Source of the DNA: Bdellovibrionales bacterium
GTDB taxonomy: Bacteria > Bdellovibrionota > UBA1018 > CAIMNF01
Assembly (NCBI GenBank): GCA_040380025.1
Contig: JBEIJY010000021.1
Span: forward strand, 1-41,920
Length of the DNA: 41,920 nt
Direction: 5' to 3'
In this document: one piece after another, positions 26,096 to 36,100 of the stretch
How the letters are laid out: every line of letters begins with the position of its first letter
Numbering within the stretch: the first letter of the stretch is position 1
Position numbers and translations under genes: made by a program
Notes under the pieces: model-generated
What the model saw: the letters and a program-made list of their open reading frames with translations, nothing else
What the model was told of the DNA's origin: nothing
Database searches by the model: none

Positions 26096-27172
26096 TTATT
26101 GATCGAAGCTGACGGGCACGGAGGAGCCTTTTCCGCGGGAAACGACTTCCTCGTTCCGCGAAATTTTTGCCTCCTTCATGAGGGCGGAAGTGAACCGGCG
26201 AAAGAAATCATTCTGTTTTTCGCCGAGCAACTTCGCGCGAGCATCCTGTCGATCCTTGGCGCTGGCCGAGGACGGATTGAACTGCTCGCTTGAAAGGGCG
26301 AGCGCGAAGAACGTTCCCCCCGGAAGAGCGAACCTTTGCGCAGCAGCTCCTTTTTTCAGGGCAAAGAGATCATTCTGGATCGAAGCGACCGAGCCGACTC
26401 CGGGAATCACATTCGAACGAGCGGTGAGCCAATCGGAGGTCTTGACGGGATACTTGATCGCCCCGCCTGAGGAAAGCGCAGGAATCACCTGCTTTTCGAT
26501 CTCGGCCACCTTTTCGTCGAGTTTCGCCGATTGCTCCTCGGGCTTCAGGTCCTTCGGAAGAAGCTTCCGGACGGACTCATGATCGACATACACATATTTG
26601 AACTTCCGCTTCTCGCGCGCAATGCGGAGTTCCCGATCGACCTCGACCGGAGTGATCTGCACCAAAGACACGAGGAATTCACGGAACTTGCGGTCCATCA
26701 GTTCGCGACCCACCATCTCTTCGTACCGGACCGGGGTGAGCGCATTGGCCTGAAGCAAGTTGCGATAAAGCGTCTTGTCAAAACGGCCATCCTTCTGGAA
26801 CACATCCTGTTTCAGAATTTCATCGAGGATTTCCTGGGACGAAGGATAAAATCCCTCGCGCTTGGCGATCTGCCCGAAAACCTTGCGCTGTGCGAGATCG
26901 TTGAACACCGACTCGCCGACCCGAAATTGTTCCAGTTGAGCCTCAGACACCTTGCCGCCCATCAGGCCCTTGAAAAACTCGATCCGCTGGTTCAACGCCC
27001 GCGAAAACTCGGTGTAAGAAATGGTTTCGCCGTTCACCTCGCCCGCGACCCCGGGTCCGCGCGATCCGCTTCCGGGAACGAAAATCCCGTAGAACACAAA
27101 CACGAGGGTGATGACGCCGATCACGCCGCCGATCACCGCTGGACCCCACTTGCTTCTCATCACTCCGATCAT
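26096..27172 (-). CDS. membrane-anchored periplasmic chaperone, SurA-N/PpiD-like, shortened
   Basis: N-terminal TM (IIGVITLVFVFYGI-like), VAGEVNGETISYTEF and FQKDGRFDKTLY match the PpiD N-domain. Start ATG 27172 with AAGGA. Confidence 0.8.
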   Translation of the reverse strand: MIGVMRSKWGPAVIGGVIGVITLVFVFYGIFVPGSGSRGPGVAGEVNGETISYTEFSRALNQRIEFFKGLMGGKVSEAQLEQFRVGESVFNDLAQRKVFGQIAKREGFYPSSQEILDEILKQDVFQKDGRFDKTLYRNLLQANALTPVRYEEMVGRELMDRKFREFLVSLVQITPVEVDRELRIAREKRKFKYVYVDHESVRKLLPKDLKPEEQSAKLDEKVAEIEKQVIPALSSGGAIKYPVKTSDWLTARSNVIPGVGSVASIQNDLFALKKGAAAQRFALPGGTFFALALSSEQFNPSSASAKDRQDARAKLLGEKQNDFFRRFTSALMKEAKISRNEEVVSRGKGSSVPVSFDQ

Positions 27173-27220
27173 GAATTTATCCTTTTGCAACCATTCAAAC
27201 ACAATATAGGATAATTGCAA

Positions 27221-28117
27221 ATGTTAAAGCTGATGAAGCAGTACCGTTTTTACTTGATATTACTACTGTTTTTACTGATCCCCCTGCTTTCCATCGACAC
27301 CACGAACCGATCCCCCCGCGACTATCGTTTTTATGACCGCATCGCCCTTGCGATCACCACTCCCTTCGAGATCGCGATCCATTGGACTCTCGACACGGTC
27401 GTCGGATTTTATGAGAACTACATCTCGCTCTGGAAGACCCGGAAGGAAAACGGCGAGCTGATCGACGAGAATCGCAAGCTTGTGAACACCATTCTGAACC
27501 TTCGGGAGCTGGAGCAGGAAAATCTCCGGTTCCGGAATCTCCTGCAGTTCAAGGAGACATTCAAGGTCGATACGGTTGTGGCCCGGATGATCGCAAAGGA
27601 TGTCTCGACCGATTTTCGCACGATCCGGATCAACCGCGGAAAATCAAGCGGCATCGCCCCGAACATGGCCGTGGTGAACGCGGAAGGGGTGGTGGGCCGG
27701 GTGCTCCGGGTGAACGAGGAGACCTCGGATGTGGTGACGATTCTCGATCCGCTGTCGGCGATCGACGCGTACATCCTCCGCTCCCGCGTCCGGGGAATCG
27801 TGGAGGGCCTGAGCGACACCCTTTGCCAACTCAAGTTCGCGCTCCGGGTGGATGACATCCTTCCCGGGGACTTGCTGCTCTCGAGCGGTCTCGGCGGGAA
27901 TTTCCCGAAAGGGGTTCCTGTGGGAACGGTCATCAAGGTGACGCGGAAATCCTACGGAATCACCCAGAAGGTCGAGGTCAGACCCAGCGTCGACTTCTCG
28001 AAGGTCGAAGAAGTGATGGTCGTCACGCGGGCCGATGCGGCCCCCGCCCATATGCAACTCTTCGATCCGGCCCCGGAAGCCTCGCCCGCACCGGCGAAAG
28101 GACCTGCGAAACCATGA
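27221..28117 (+). CDS. mreC: rod shape-determining protein MreC
   Basis: TM segment, coiled coil (LEQENLRFRNLL), INRGKSSGI..NMAV...GVVGRV, SSGLGGNFPKGVPVG. Confidence 0.96.
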   Translation: MLKLMKQYRFYLILLLFLLIPLLSIDTTNRSPRDYRFYDRIALAITTPFEIAIHWTLDTVVGFYENYISLWKTRKENGELIDENRKLVNTILNLRELEQENLRFRNLLQFKETFKVDTVVARMIAKDVSTDFRTIRINRGKSSGIAPNMAVVNAEGVVGRVLRVNEETSDVVTILDPLSAIDAYILRSRVRGIVEGLSDTLCQLKFALRVDDILPGDLLLSSGLGGNFPKGVPVGTVIKVTRKSYGITQKVEVRPSVDFSKVEEVMVVTRADAAPAHMQLFDPAPEASPAPAKGPAKP

Positions 28118-28680
28118 AAATCGGGATCCTGAAGATCCTCAACATCCCGGGCCTGATGCTGATCGCGCTGATCTCGCTCGCTCTGCAAGGGACTCTCTTC
28201 AACAATGTTTCGCTGGCCTTCTTCCAGCCGGACGTCATTCTATTCTTGGTTCTCTGGCTTGCCATGAAGCGCACTTTCGCCGAAGGAGGCGTGCTGACCC
28301 TGCTCCTGGCGTATCTGGTCGAGCTCAAATCGGGCGTGCCACAGGGATTGTTCCTGACCCACTACATGATGATCTATGTCGGAACGCGGTTTTTGTACCG
28401 GAACTTCCGCGTCTGGAACCGGCGATCGCTGATCCTGATCGGAGTGGGGGCCGCCGTGATCTCGCGCCTGAATATTTTGTTCCTCATGTACCTTTTGAAC
28501 AAGTCCGACAATCTCTGGTTCCACACCCTGCAGCTCTTGGCCCCCACCGCGATCATCCACGGAATCCTGATTCCGTTCGTGTTCCGGTTCCTGCACCGGT
28601 TTGACTTCCTGACCTTCAAAAATCCCGAGGCCGAACACCGCTACGAGCGGGACTTCCACCTCGACGAGGAGATGATCTGA
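28114..28680 (+). CDS. mreD: rod shape-determining protein MreD
   Basis: Hydrophobic multi-TM protein with a PD motif, located between mreC and mrdA with an ATGA overlap. Confidence 0.8.
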   Translation: MKIGILKILNIPGLMLIALISLALQGTLFNNVSLAFFQPDVILFLVLWLAMKRTFAEGGVLTLLLAYLVELKSGVPQGLFLTHYMMIYVGTRFLYRNFRVWNRRSLILIGVGAAVISRLNILFLMYLLNKSDNLWFHTLQLLAPTAIIHGILIPFVFRFLHRFDFLTFKNPEAEHRYERDFHLDEEMI

Positions 28681-28681
28681 A

Positions 28682-30643
28682 ATGTCTTTCATCGGCAACG
28701 AAGAACAGATCCGGTTTCTTCAAGAACGATTCCGCCTGGTGTACGGTTTCGTATTCATCGGCTTTGCGGTTCTTGCTTCCCGGATGGTGTACCTGCAGGT
28801 CATCAACGGAGACCAGATGCGGCAGTACTCCGAGGAGAACCGGATCAAACGGGTGAAGATCGCGGCGCCGCGCGGGATGTTCTTCGACCGCTACGGACAA
28901 CTCCTCGTGGACAACCGCCCAGCATTCAACGTCCAGATCACGCCCCAATACCTGAACGAATCGGGGAAGGCGCAAGAAGTTCTCGAGAAGCTTTCGATTC
29001 TGATCAAAATGCCGGTCAATGAGATCCAAAAACGGGTCCAGAAACTTCGACAGCCCGCCTTCATGCCGGTGATCATCAAGGACAACCTGACCCGCGACGA
29101 GGTTGCCGAACTCGAAACCTGGAAGATCGACATGCCCGGGGTGCAGGTCGAGATGGCGATCTCGCGCGCGAACCTCTCGAACGATGTGGGTTCGCACCTG
29201 TACGGGTACATCGGCAAAGTGAGCCAATCCGAGCTTCCCTCGCTGAACCAGAACGCGAGCCGAAAATACATGCTGGATGATTCCGTCGGAAAAAGCGGCC
29301 TCGAAAAGGAATTCGAGGAGCAACTCCGCGGAGTCGACGGATCCGAACTGGTCGAGGTGGATGCCCTCGGACGCAGCATCGAATCGGCCCGCTCCAAAGG
29401 AAGGGTCCTGACCCAGGCGCAAGTCGAGCCCTTCGTTCCGGGCAAGAATCTCGTTCTCAGCATCGATCAGGATCTGCAGATGGCCGCGATCCGCGGCTTC
29501 GGCCTGAAGAACGGCGGCCTGATCGCGCTCGACCCGCGAAGCGGCGAGGTGCTGGCCATGGTTTCGCGGCCTTCGTTCAATCCGGCCGATTTCTCACGCG
29601 GGATCGATTCCGAACTCTGGAGCCGGCTGATTTCGGACGAGAACCGCCCGCTCCGCGACAAGACCATCCAAGACCATTATTCTCCTGGCTCCACATTCAA
29701 GACGATCACGGCGATCGCGGCCCTCGAAGAGGGGGTGATCACCAAAGACACCACCTTCAGTTGCGGCGGCTCCATCAACCTCGGGAATCGCAAGGTCCAC
29801 TGCTGGAAGAAAGAGGGGCACGGATCGGTGAATGTGGTCTCGGCCCTCACCCACTCCTGCGACGTGTTCTTTTACCGCGTGGCCCAGAAGCTGAAGAGCG
29901 TGGATGATATCGCCAAATGGGCGTTCCATCTGGGACTCGGCAAACGCACCGGAATCGAGCTCGGTCGCGAGGTTCCGGGGCTGATCCCGACGGAAGCGTG
30001 GAAGCAGCGGCGATTCAATGTTCCCTGGTCTCCGGGCGAAACCCTGTACGTGGCGATCGGACAAAGCTTCGTGCTGACCACCACGATCCAGCTGGCAAAC
30101 GCCTATGCTTCGCTGGTGAACGGCGGAACCCTGTATAAACCCCATGTGGTAAAAAGCATCCAGAGCGAGGAAGGCAAGACCATCCGCGAGTTCGTACCCC
30201 AAGTGCTCGAAAAGACCAAACTGAAACCCGAGACCATCGACCTCGTGACCCAAGGCCTCTGGGGCGTTGTGAACGCACCGGGCGGAACCGCCCACTCCCA
30301 GCACATCCCGGGCATGGAGTTCGCCGGAAAGACCGGAACGGTTCAGGTCGTGAGCCAGAAGGCCGAGAAGATCTACCAGAAGTGCGAGAGCCTGCGCTAC
30401 AACCAGCGGCATCATGGTGTGTTCGTGGGCTACGCCCCGATCAAGGATCCGTCGATCGTGGTCGCTGTCGTGGCGGAACACGCCTGCTCGGGCTCGCAGG
30501 GCGCGGCTCCGATCGCACGCGAGGTCATCAAGACCTACCTTCAGAAATATTATCCGGATCTCTACAGCGACCGCGCCATCGAAGAGCGGCGGCAAGTTGA
30601 AATCCGTGAAAAGAAAGCCTCACGGCAAAACGGAGGGGAATGA
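28682..30643 (+). CDS. mrdA: penicillin-binding protein 2
   Basis: APRG..DR, GKSGLEK, SxxK (PGSTFK), SCD, KTGT. Confidence 0.97.
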   Translation: MSFIGNEEQIRFLQERFRLVYGFVFIGFAVLASRMVYLQVINGDQMRQYSEENRIKRVKIAAPRGMFFDRYGQLLVDNRPAFNVQITPQYLNESGKAQEVLEKLSILIKMPVNEIQKRVQKLRQPAFMPVIIKDNLTRDEVAELETWKIDMPGVQVEMAISRANLSNDVGSHLYGYIGKVSQSELPSLNQNASRKYMLDDSVGKSGLEKEFEEQLRGVDGSELVEVDALGRSIESARSKGRVLTQAQVEPFVPGKNLVLSIDQDLQMAAIRGFGLKNGGLIALDPRSGEVLAMVSRPSFNPADFSRGIDSELWSRLISDENRPLRDKTIQDHYSPGSTFKTITAIAALEEGVITKDTTFSCGGSINLGNRKVHCWKKEGHGSVNVVSALTHSCDVFFYRVAQKLKSVDDIAKWAFHLGLGKRTGIELGREVPGLIPTEAWKQRRFNVPWSPGETLYVAIGQSFVLTTTIQLANAYASLVNGGTLYKPHVVKSIQSEEGKTIREFVPQVLEKTKLKPETIDLVTQGLWGVVNAPGGTAHSQHIPGMEFAGKTGTVQVVSQKAEKIYQKCESLRYNQRHHGVFVGYAPIKDPSIVVAVVAEHACSGSQGAAPIAREVIKTYLQKYYPDLYSDRAIEERRQVEIREKKASRQNGGE

Positions 30644-31800
30644 CCATGACCTACACCTCGATGGAGACCAGACCGGATCAGCAGTTCGATCCGAATCGCA
30701 TCAGCTCGTACGAAGAGGAATTCAAATGGCTCAAGTGGGTTCCCTTGATCCTCGAGATCTGCCTTCTTGCGGTCGGATTGCTCAATCTCTTGAGCGCCAC
30801 GGCGGTCGAGGACAAGGCCATGGGGCTCTGGAAGAACCAGACGATTTCCGCGGCGCTCGGCGCCATCATCACCCTCGTGCTTTATTTTCCGCACTATTCG
30901 TTCCTTTCGCGCATGGCGTACCTGATTTACATGGGAAACCTCGGGCTGTTGCTTGCAGTCCTCGCCTTCGGGCGTTCATCGCTCGGGGCAAGACGCTGGA
31001 TCAACCTCGGCGGATTCAGTCTCCAGCCCTCGGAGCTCATGAAGCTCTCGATGGTGATCTTCCTTGCCAAATTCTTCGAGAACAAGAACTCCACCGGGGG
31101 TCTGAAGTTCGGCGAACTGATCATCCCGACCTTGTTTGTTCTGATTCCGGTGGGACTCATCATGGTCCAGCCCGATCTCGGCACCGCCATGATCATCCTG
31201 CTCGTCTACGGGAGCATGTTGCTCTTTCTTAGGCTCCATCCGAAGCTCATCATTCTCGGCATCATCGCCGGATCGGTCGCCCTTCCTGTGATTTACAATT
31301 ACGGACTCAAACCCTATCAGCGGCAACGGATCATCACCTTCATCGACCCGATGAGCGATCCGAAGGGCGCGGGCTACAACTCCATCCAATCGATGATCGC
31401 GGTGGGATCAGGCCAGATCTGGGGCAAGGGCTTCAAGAAGGGAACCCAGGCACACCTGAACTTCCTGCCGGAACACCACACGGACTTCATTTTCTCGGTC
31501 TTCAGCGAGGAGTGGGGCTTCGTCGGGTGCTCGGTGCTTCTTCTGCTCTACACTCTCTTCATCATGAGCGGGCTTTCGGTCGCATACCAGAGCAACGACA
31601 AGTTCGCCTCGCTCCTCGCCTTCGGGATCACGTCCATTTTCTTTTGGCACGTGTTCGTGAACATGGGGATGGTCATGGGAATGCTCCCAATCGTGGGAGT
31701 CCCCCTGCCCTTCATGAGTTATGGGGGATCGGCCCTCCTGACCGCCATGAGCGGCGTCGCGATCCTGATCAATATCGCCAACAAGAAGTACATGTTCTGA
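30640..31800 (+). CDS. rodA: SEDS peptidoglycan glycosyltransferase RodA
   Basis: [48 protein letters not shown]. Confidence 0.97.
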   Translation: MTMTYTSMETRPDQQFDPNRISSYEEEFKWLKWVPLILEICLLAVGLLNLLSATAVEDKAMGLWKNQTISAALGAIITLVLYFPHYSFLSRMAYLIYMGNLGLLLAVLAFGRSSLGARRWINLGGFSLQPSELMKLSMVIFLAKFFENKNSTGGLKFGELIIPTLFVLIPVGLIMVQPDLGTAMIILLVYGSMLLFLRLHPKLIILGIIAGSVALPVIYNYGLKPYQRQRIITFIDPMSDPKGAGYNSIQSMIAVGSGQIWGKGFKKGTQAHLNFLPEHHTDFIFSVFSEEWGFVGCSVLLLLYTLFIMSGLSVAYQSNDKFASLLAFGITSIFFWHVFVNMGMVMGMLPIVGVPLPFMSYGGSALLTAMSGVAILINIANKKYMF

Positions 31801-31812
31801 TACGGAGACACC

Positions 31813-33159
31813 ATGGAACGCACGATCATCGAGCCCTTCAAGATCAAGGTCACCGAACCCCTGGTCCGGAAGACCCGCGAGGAACGCGTACGGGTTCTCG
31901 AAGCGGCGAGCTTCAATCTTTTTCTGGTCAGGTCCGAGGATGTGACCTTTGATTTCCTGACCGATTCTGGGACCACCGCCATGAGCGCGAACCAATGGGC
32001 AGCCATGATGATCGCGGACGAAAGCTATGCGGGGTCGCGGAGCTTCCACCGGTTCAAGGACAAGGTCACGGAGATCATGGGCTTCGAACATGTCATCCCC
32101 ACCCACCAGGGACGGGCGAGCGAGCGGCTTCTCTTCGGGACCCTGCTGAAGCCCGGAATGAAGATCCCGTCCAACAATCACTTCGACACCACAAGGGCCA
32201 ACATCGAGCAACTGGGAGCGCAGGCGGTCGATCTCGTGATCGCAGAAGGGAAAATTCCCGAGAGCGATCACCCGTTCAAAGGGAACATCGATCTCGACCG
32301 TCTCGAATCCTTCTGCCGGGAGTTCCGTGACCGGATTCCGGTCGGGATGCTCACGATCACGAACAACACGGGCGGCGGACAACCGGTGAGCCTTGCGAAT
32401 CTCCGCGCCGCGGCTGCGATTTACCGCAAATACGGAATTCCCTTCATTCTGGATGCGTGCCGCTTCGCCGAAAATGCGTGGTTCATCAAGACGCGTGAAA
32501 CGGAATTCTCTGCGACTCCGGTTCGCGAAATCGTCCGGCAGATCTTCGCCGAGGCCGACGGCTGCATGATGAGCGCGAAAAAAGACGGGCTCGTGAACAT
32601 CGGCGGTTTCATCGCGCTCCGCAATCCGGAATGGGTGCCGGGACTCCGGAACCAGCTCATTCTGACCGAGGGTTTTCCTACCTATGGTGGCCTTGCCGCG
32701 CGCGACCTCGAGGCTCTTGCCGTGGGCTTGGACGAGGTCCTGGAAGAGGATTATCTGAAGTACCGCATCGCCACCTCGGCCTACATGGGACGGCGTCTGA
32801 ATGACATGGGCATTCCGACCGTGAAGCCGGCCGGCGGACACGCCGTGTACATTGATGCCGCGAGATTCCTGCCGCACATCCCGAAGGAGCATTTTCCCGG
32901 GCAGGCGCTTGCGACCGAACTCTATTTGCAGGATGGAATCCGGAGCTGTGAGATCGGATCGGTCATGTTCAAAGAGGCGGCAACCATGGAACTTGTCCGG
33001 CTCGCCTTCCCGAGGAGGGTGTACACCCAGAGCCACTTTGATTATGTGCTGGAGGCATTTCAGGAGGTCGCGGCCCGCTCGGCATCCCTGCGAGGCTTCC
33101 GGATCCGCGAGGCGCCTCCGTTCCTGAGACACTTCACCGCCAAGTTCGAACGCGCTTAA
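31813..33159 (+). CDS. tnaA: tryptophanase (beta-eliminating lyase)
   Basis: EPFKIK, DFLTDSGT, PTHQGR, HFDTT, MSAKKD (PLP Lys), GFPTYGG, PRRVYT. The C-terminal LRHFTA has His as in tryptophanase, where tyrosine phenol-lyase has LRFFTA. Confidence 0.88.
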   Translation: MERTIIEPFKIKVTEPLVRKTREERVRVLEAASFNLFLVRSEDVTFDFLTDSGTTAMSANQWAAMMIADESYAGSRSFHRFKDKVTEIMGFEHVIPTHQGRASERLLFGTLLKPGMKIPSNNHFDTTRANIEQLGAQAVDLVIAEGKIPESDHPFKGNIDLDRLESFCREFRDRIPVGMLTITNNTGGGQPVSLANLRAAAAIYRKYGIPFILDACRFAENAWFIKTRETEFSATPVREIVRQIFAEADGCMMSAKKDGLVNIGGFIALRNPEWVPGLRNQLILTEGFPTYGGLAARDLEALAVGLDEVLEEDYLKYRIATSAYMGRRLNDMGIPTVKPAGGHAVYIDAARFLPHIPKEHFPGQALATELYLQDGIRSCEIGSVMFKEAATMELVRLAFPRRVYTQSHFDYVLEAFQEVAARSASLRGFRIREAPPFLRHFTAKFERA

Positions 33160-36100
33160 TTCACGAGCCCCGAAAGCAGACCGAACACTTCCGCCCGCGA
33201 AAGCGGCGGAAACTGCAAGGTTCCATCGAGATACTTCTTCCAGGTGCGGCCCCAGTTCAGCCAATACGATGCGCCCGAAATAAAACCTTCCGGTGCCTTC
33301 TTGTTCACGATCATATACCCGAAAAGCGCCTGCAGTTCCTGATCGTCACTCCCGCAGGTTCCCTTCACCTTTCCCTTGGCTTCGATTTTCAGGGTCTGAC
33401 AGATCTTCGGAAAAAACCCGAGCGCCTCCTGAAGTTGAACCCGTCCGTCACGGCTCGTATCCATGGTCTCAAACAGCATCTCCACCAACGGATGCACAAA
33501 GAAGATATTCTGCAGGTGATCCATGTCGAGATTCCGGAACCGATAATCATCCGGTGTGCGACTGCGGAACCAGCCAAGTGGTTTCTCCTCGAACATGTAC
33601 ATGCCGGTGAGCTTCATGGTTCCGACTGCGAGCTCGAACTGTTCCTTCTGGCCCAGCGCCGACAGGGCATCGACCATCGCGGGAAGGTTTCCGCTGAAGG
33701 ATTCTTTGTAGAATCCGGGCTCCATCAAATGATCCGCCACGCACCGTCCTTCGAATCCGTCCAGATCCTCGACCTTGATCTTGGTGCAACGGGAATCACC
33801 CAGATGATCGACAAACCGCAAAAAGGGCGCTCCCATGCCATAGGTCATGGTCATGAACTCGGTCAGCTCGTTCAGATCAAGCGCCTGATCCCCGTTCCCA
33901 TTCCGCATGAAGAGGTTGATCGTGCGCATCTGGTCGCTGGCGGCATCGAGGGGATGGGATGCCCGGTAGAGCATCTTGAAGTTCAGCATCAACGTGCGAA
34001 GATCATCCAGAAGAATCGCAAAATCAAAAGTGCTCAACTGATGGGTCGAGTACTTGCTGTACCGGGGGATGACGAACGACAAAGCCTCATGCGCCACAAT
34101 CCGGTACGCAAGTTCCCGGAATTGGAATTCTCCCCGATCCGCATACTCCGGTGAAAAATAAATCTCGGGCGCGGCTCCGGCATCCTTCAGGATCGGAGGA
34201 AACAAGTTCAAAACCTCACGGTTCGAGGGCACCTTGAGGCCTGCAAGAATCGAGGATTTTCCCTTCTTGCCTTTTTTTCCGTCGAACGACCGCTCGAGAT
34301 CCTCAAGCCTCACCCGCATTGCCCCGAACATTCCGGCCAATATGCGCAAGTGCTTTGTGGTGATCCGGTCGCGGTCGCTGAGAACAAGACCCTCGGTATT
34401 GATGATTCCTTTTTTCCCCTCCAAAAGGTGACTCCAGATCAGATACAGACTCCGCTCCATGGAGTATTTCAATTTCACTCCGGAATCCTTGAAATACTTC
34501 TTTACTGCGTCCGCGCCTTCTTTCAGTCCGAATTCCTTGCCGGATTCCGCCACCAGACTGAGGGCGCTCTCGAGCCAAAGAAAGGTTCTGGAATCGAGCG
34601 TGAACTCCGGCTTCTCGATCAGGGTCTCAGGCGACCCTCCCGAGGCCACGCGCCCCAGAAGCCGGGCCAGCTCTTCGGGCTTCACGAGATCGGGATCCCC
34701 CCCCATCATGATAAGCTTGATCTTTTGGACATTATCCACCGTGAGCGGAATCGGCGGCTTCTCCTTCAGATCGACATGGGCCATCACGCGGTTCAGAGCC
34801 GGCACCAGCTCTGAAATCCGGATCGGGCTCCGGATGGACTGCCTCAACAGGTCCGAGACCCGCCGCATTTTGACTTCATCCGAAGCTCCGCCATCCTGAA
34901 CCGCCATCAGGTTCTCGAGGAGAACAATCTCGGAGCGAAGAATGGCGTCGGCCCGCGAACCAAAGAGGATGGCCTTCAGCCTCATGACATCCGTGAGAAT
35001 CCGGACGAAGCGATCGACATCAAAGGGCTTGCCGCTCAGAAGCCGGACCGGCTCCTTCATGCGCTCCATTTTGGAACGCAGATCCGCAAGAGTGAATTCT
35101 TTTGCGGCATTCCGGGCAAGAAAGAGATTGAGAACAAACCGGCCCATGGTGATGTCCGTGACTTTCTTTTTGAAGAACCCGCCCGGAAGCGCGGCCTTGA
35201 TTTCGGCCAGACTGATGCCGGGAGGAGTTTCACCGAACAGAATGGTTTTGACTTCAGCCAGGGCACGAAGCTTCCGGAGTGCGGATTCCTCAATCGTGAA
35301 TCCATCCACGCTCTTTCGCATTTTTTCGAGGAGCGCCACGATCGCGGCCGGATCGAACGAGGCCGAAGGCGGAAGTCCGGCTTGGTCGAGCGCCTTCAGG
35401 ACCGCAGGAAAATCTTCCGGCCCTTTCGCCTCGATCGAGAGAAGCGCATGGAGGATTTCAAAATCCTTCCGGACAATCCCCTCGGGACCAGTCCCGAGGA
35501 GCTGATGCTTCAGGGAGAGGATTTCGGGGATCAGATCGACTAAGCCCTTGGTGTTCCGGCCTGTCCCCTCTCCCGCGAGCGAAATCAGGCTGATCAGGGC
35601 GGCGCTGTCGATCGACAAGGACCCCGGTCCTTTCAGCAGACGAGCCAGCAGCTCTTTCGGACGGGAGGAAAGCGCTTGAAGAGCCTGACCCTCACGAATC
35701 AGGAGAACGATCTCTTTCAGCGAGAGGAAGTCCCCATCGGTGCCGAGCAAGAACTTCCGGACGGCACGGATCCCATCGACCCCTTTCGAAAGCAGGGCAA
35801 GACGGCTCCACGGTTCTTCTTTTGGCAAATTCCCGCGGGCAAGATTCGCGACCGTGGACAAACCGATTCCGGATTGGAACGAACCAGTGCTCCAAAGACG
35901 GTCGAACTTCTCGATGGTTCCGGCGGGATCCTTTTCGAGAGCGTCTTTGGCCCCAAACACCGCAAGAGCATTCTCGATGTCCGTCAGCAAAAGCGCTTCC
36001 CGTCCCGTGTTCCAAAGACCGGCCTTCAACTCGAAACCGGCATCGATCAGACTCCGGAAAGCTTCCTTCGGAACCTCCGGCGGCAGGTAGGGAATGACTT

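Noticed and set aside
31813..33159. Tyrosine phenol-lyase assignment, and a tnaC leader peptide
   Set aside because: MSAKKD and LRHFTA favour tryptophanase over TPL (MSGKKD, LRFFTA), and the 12-bp gap cannot hold a leader.
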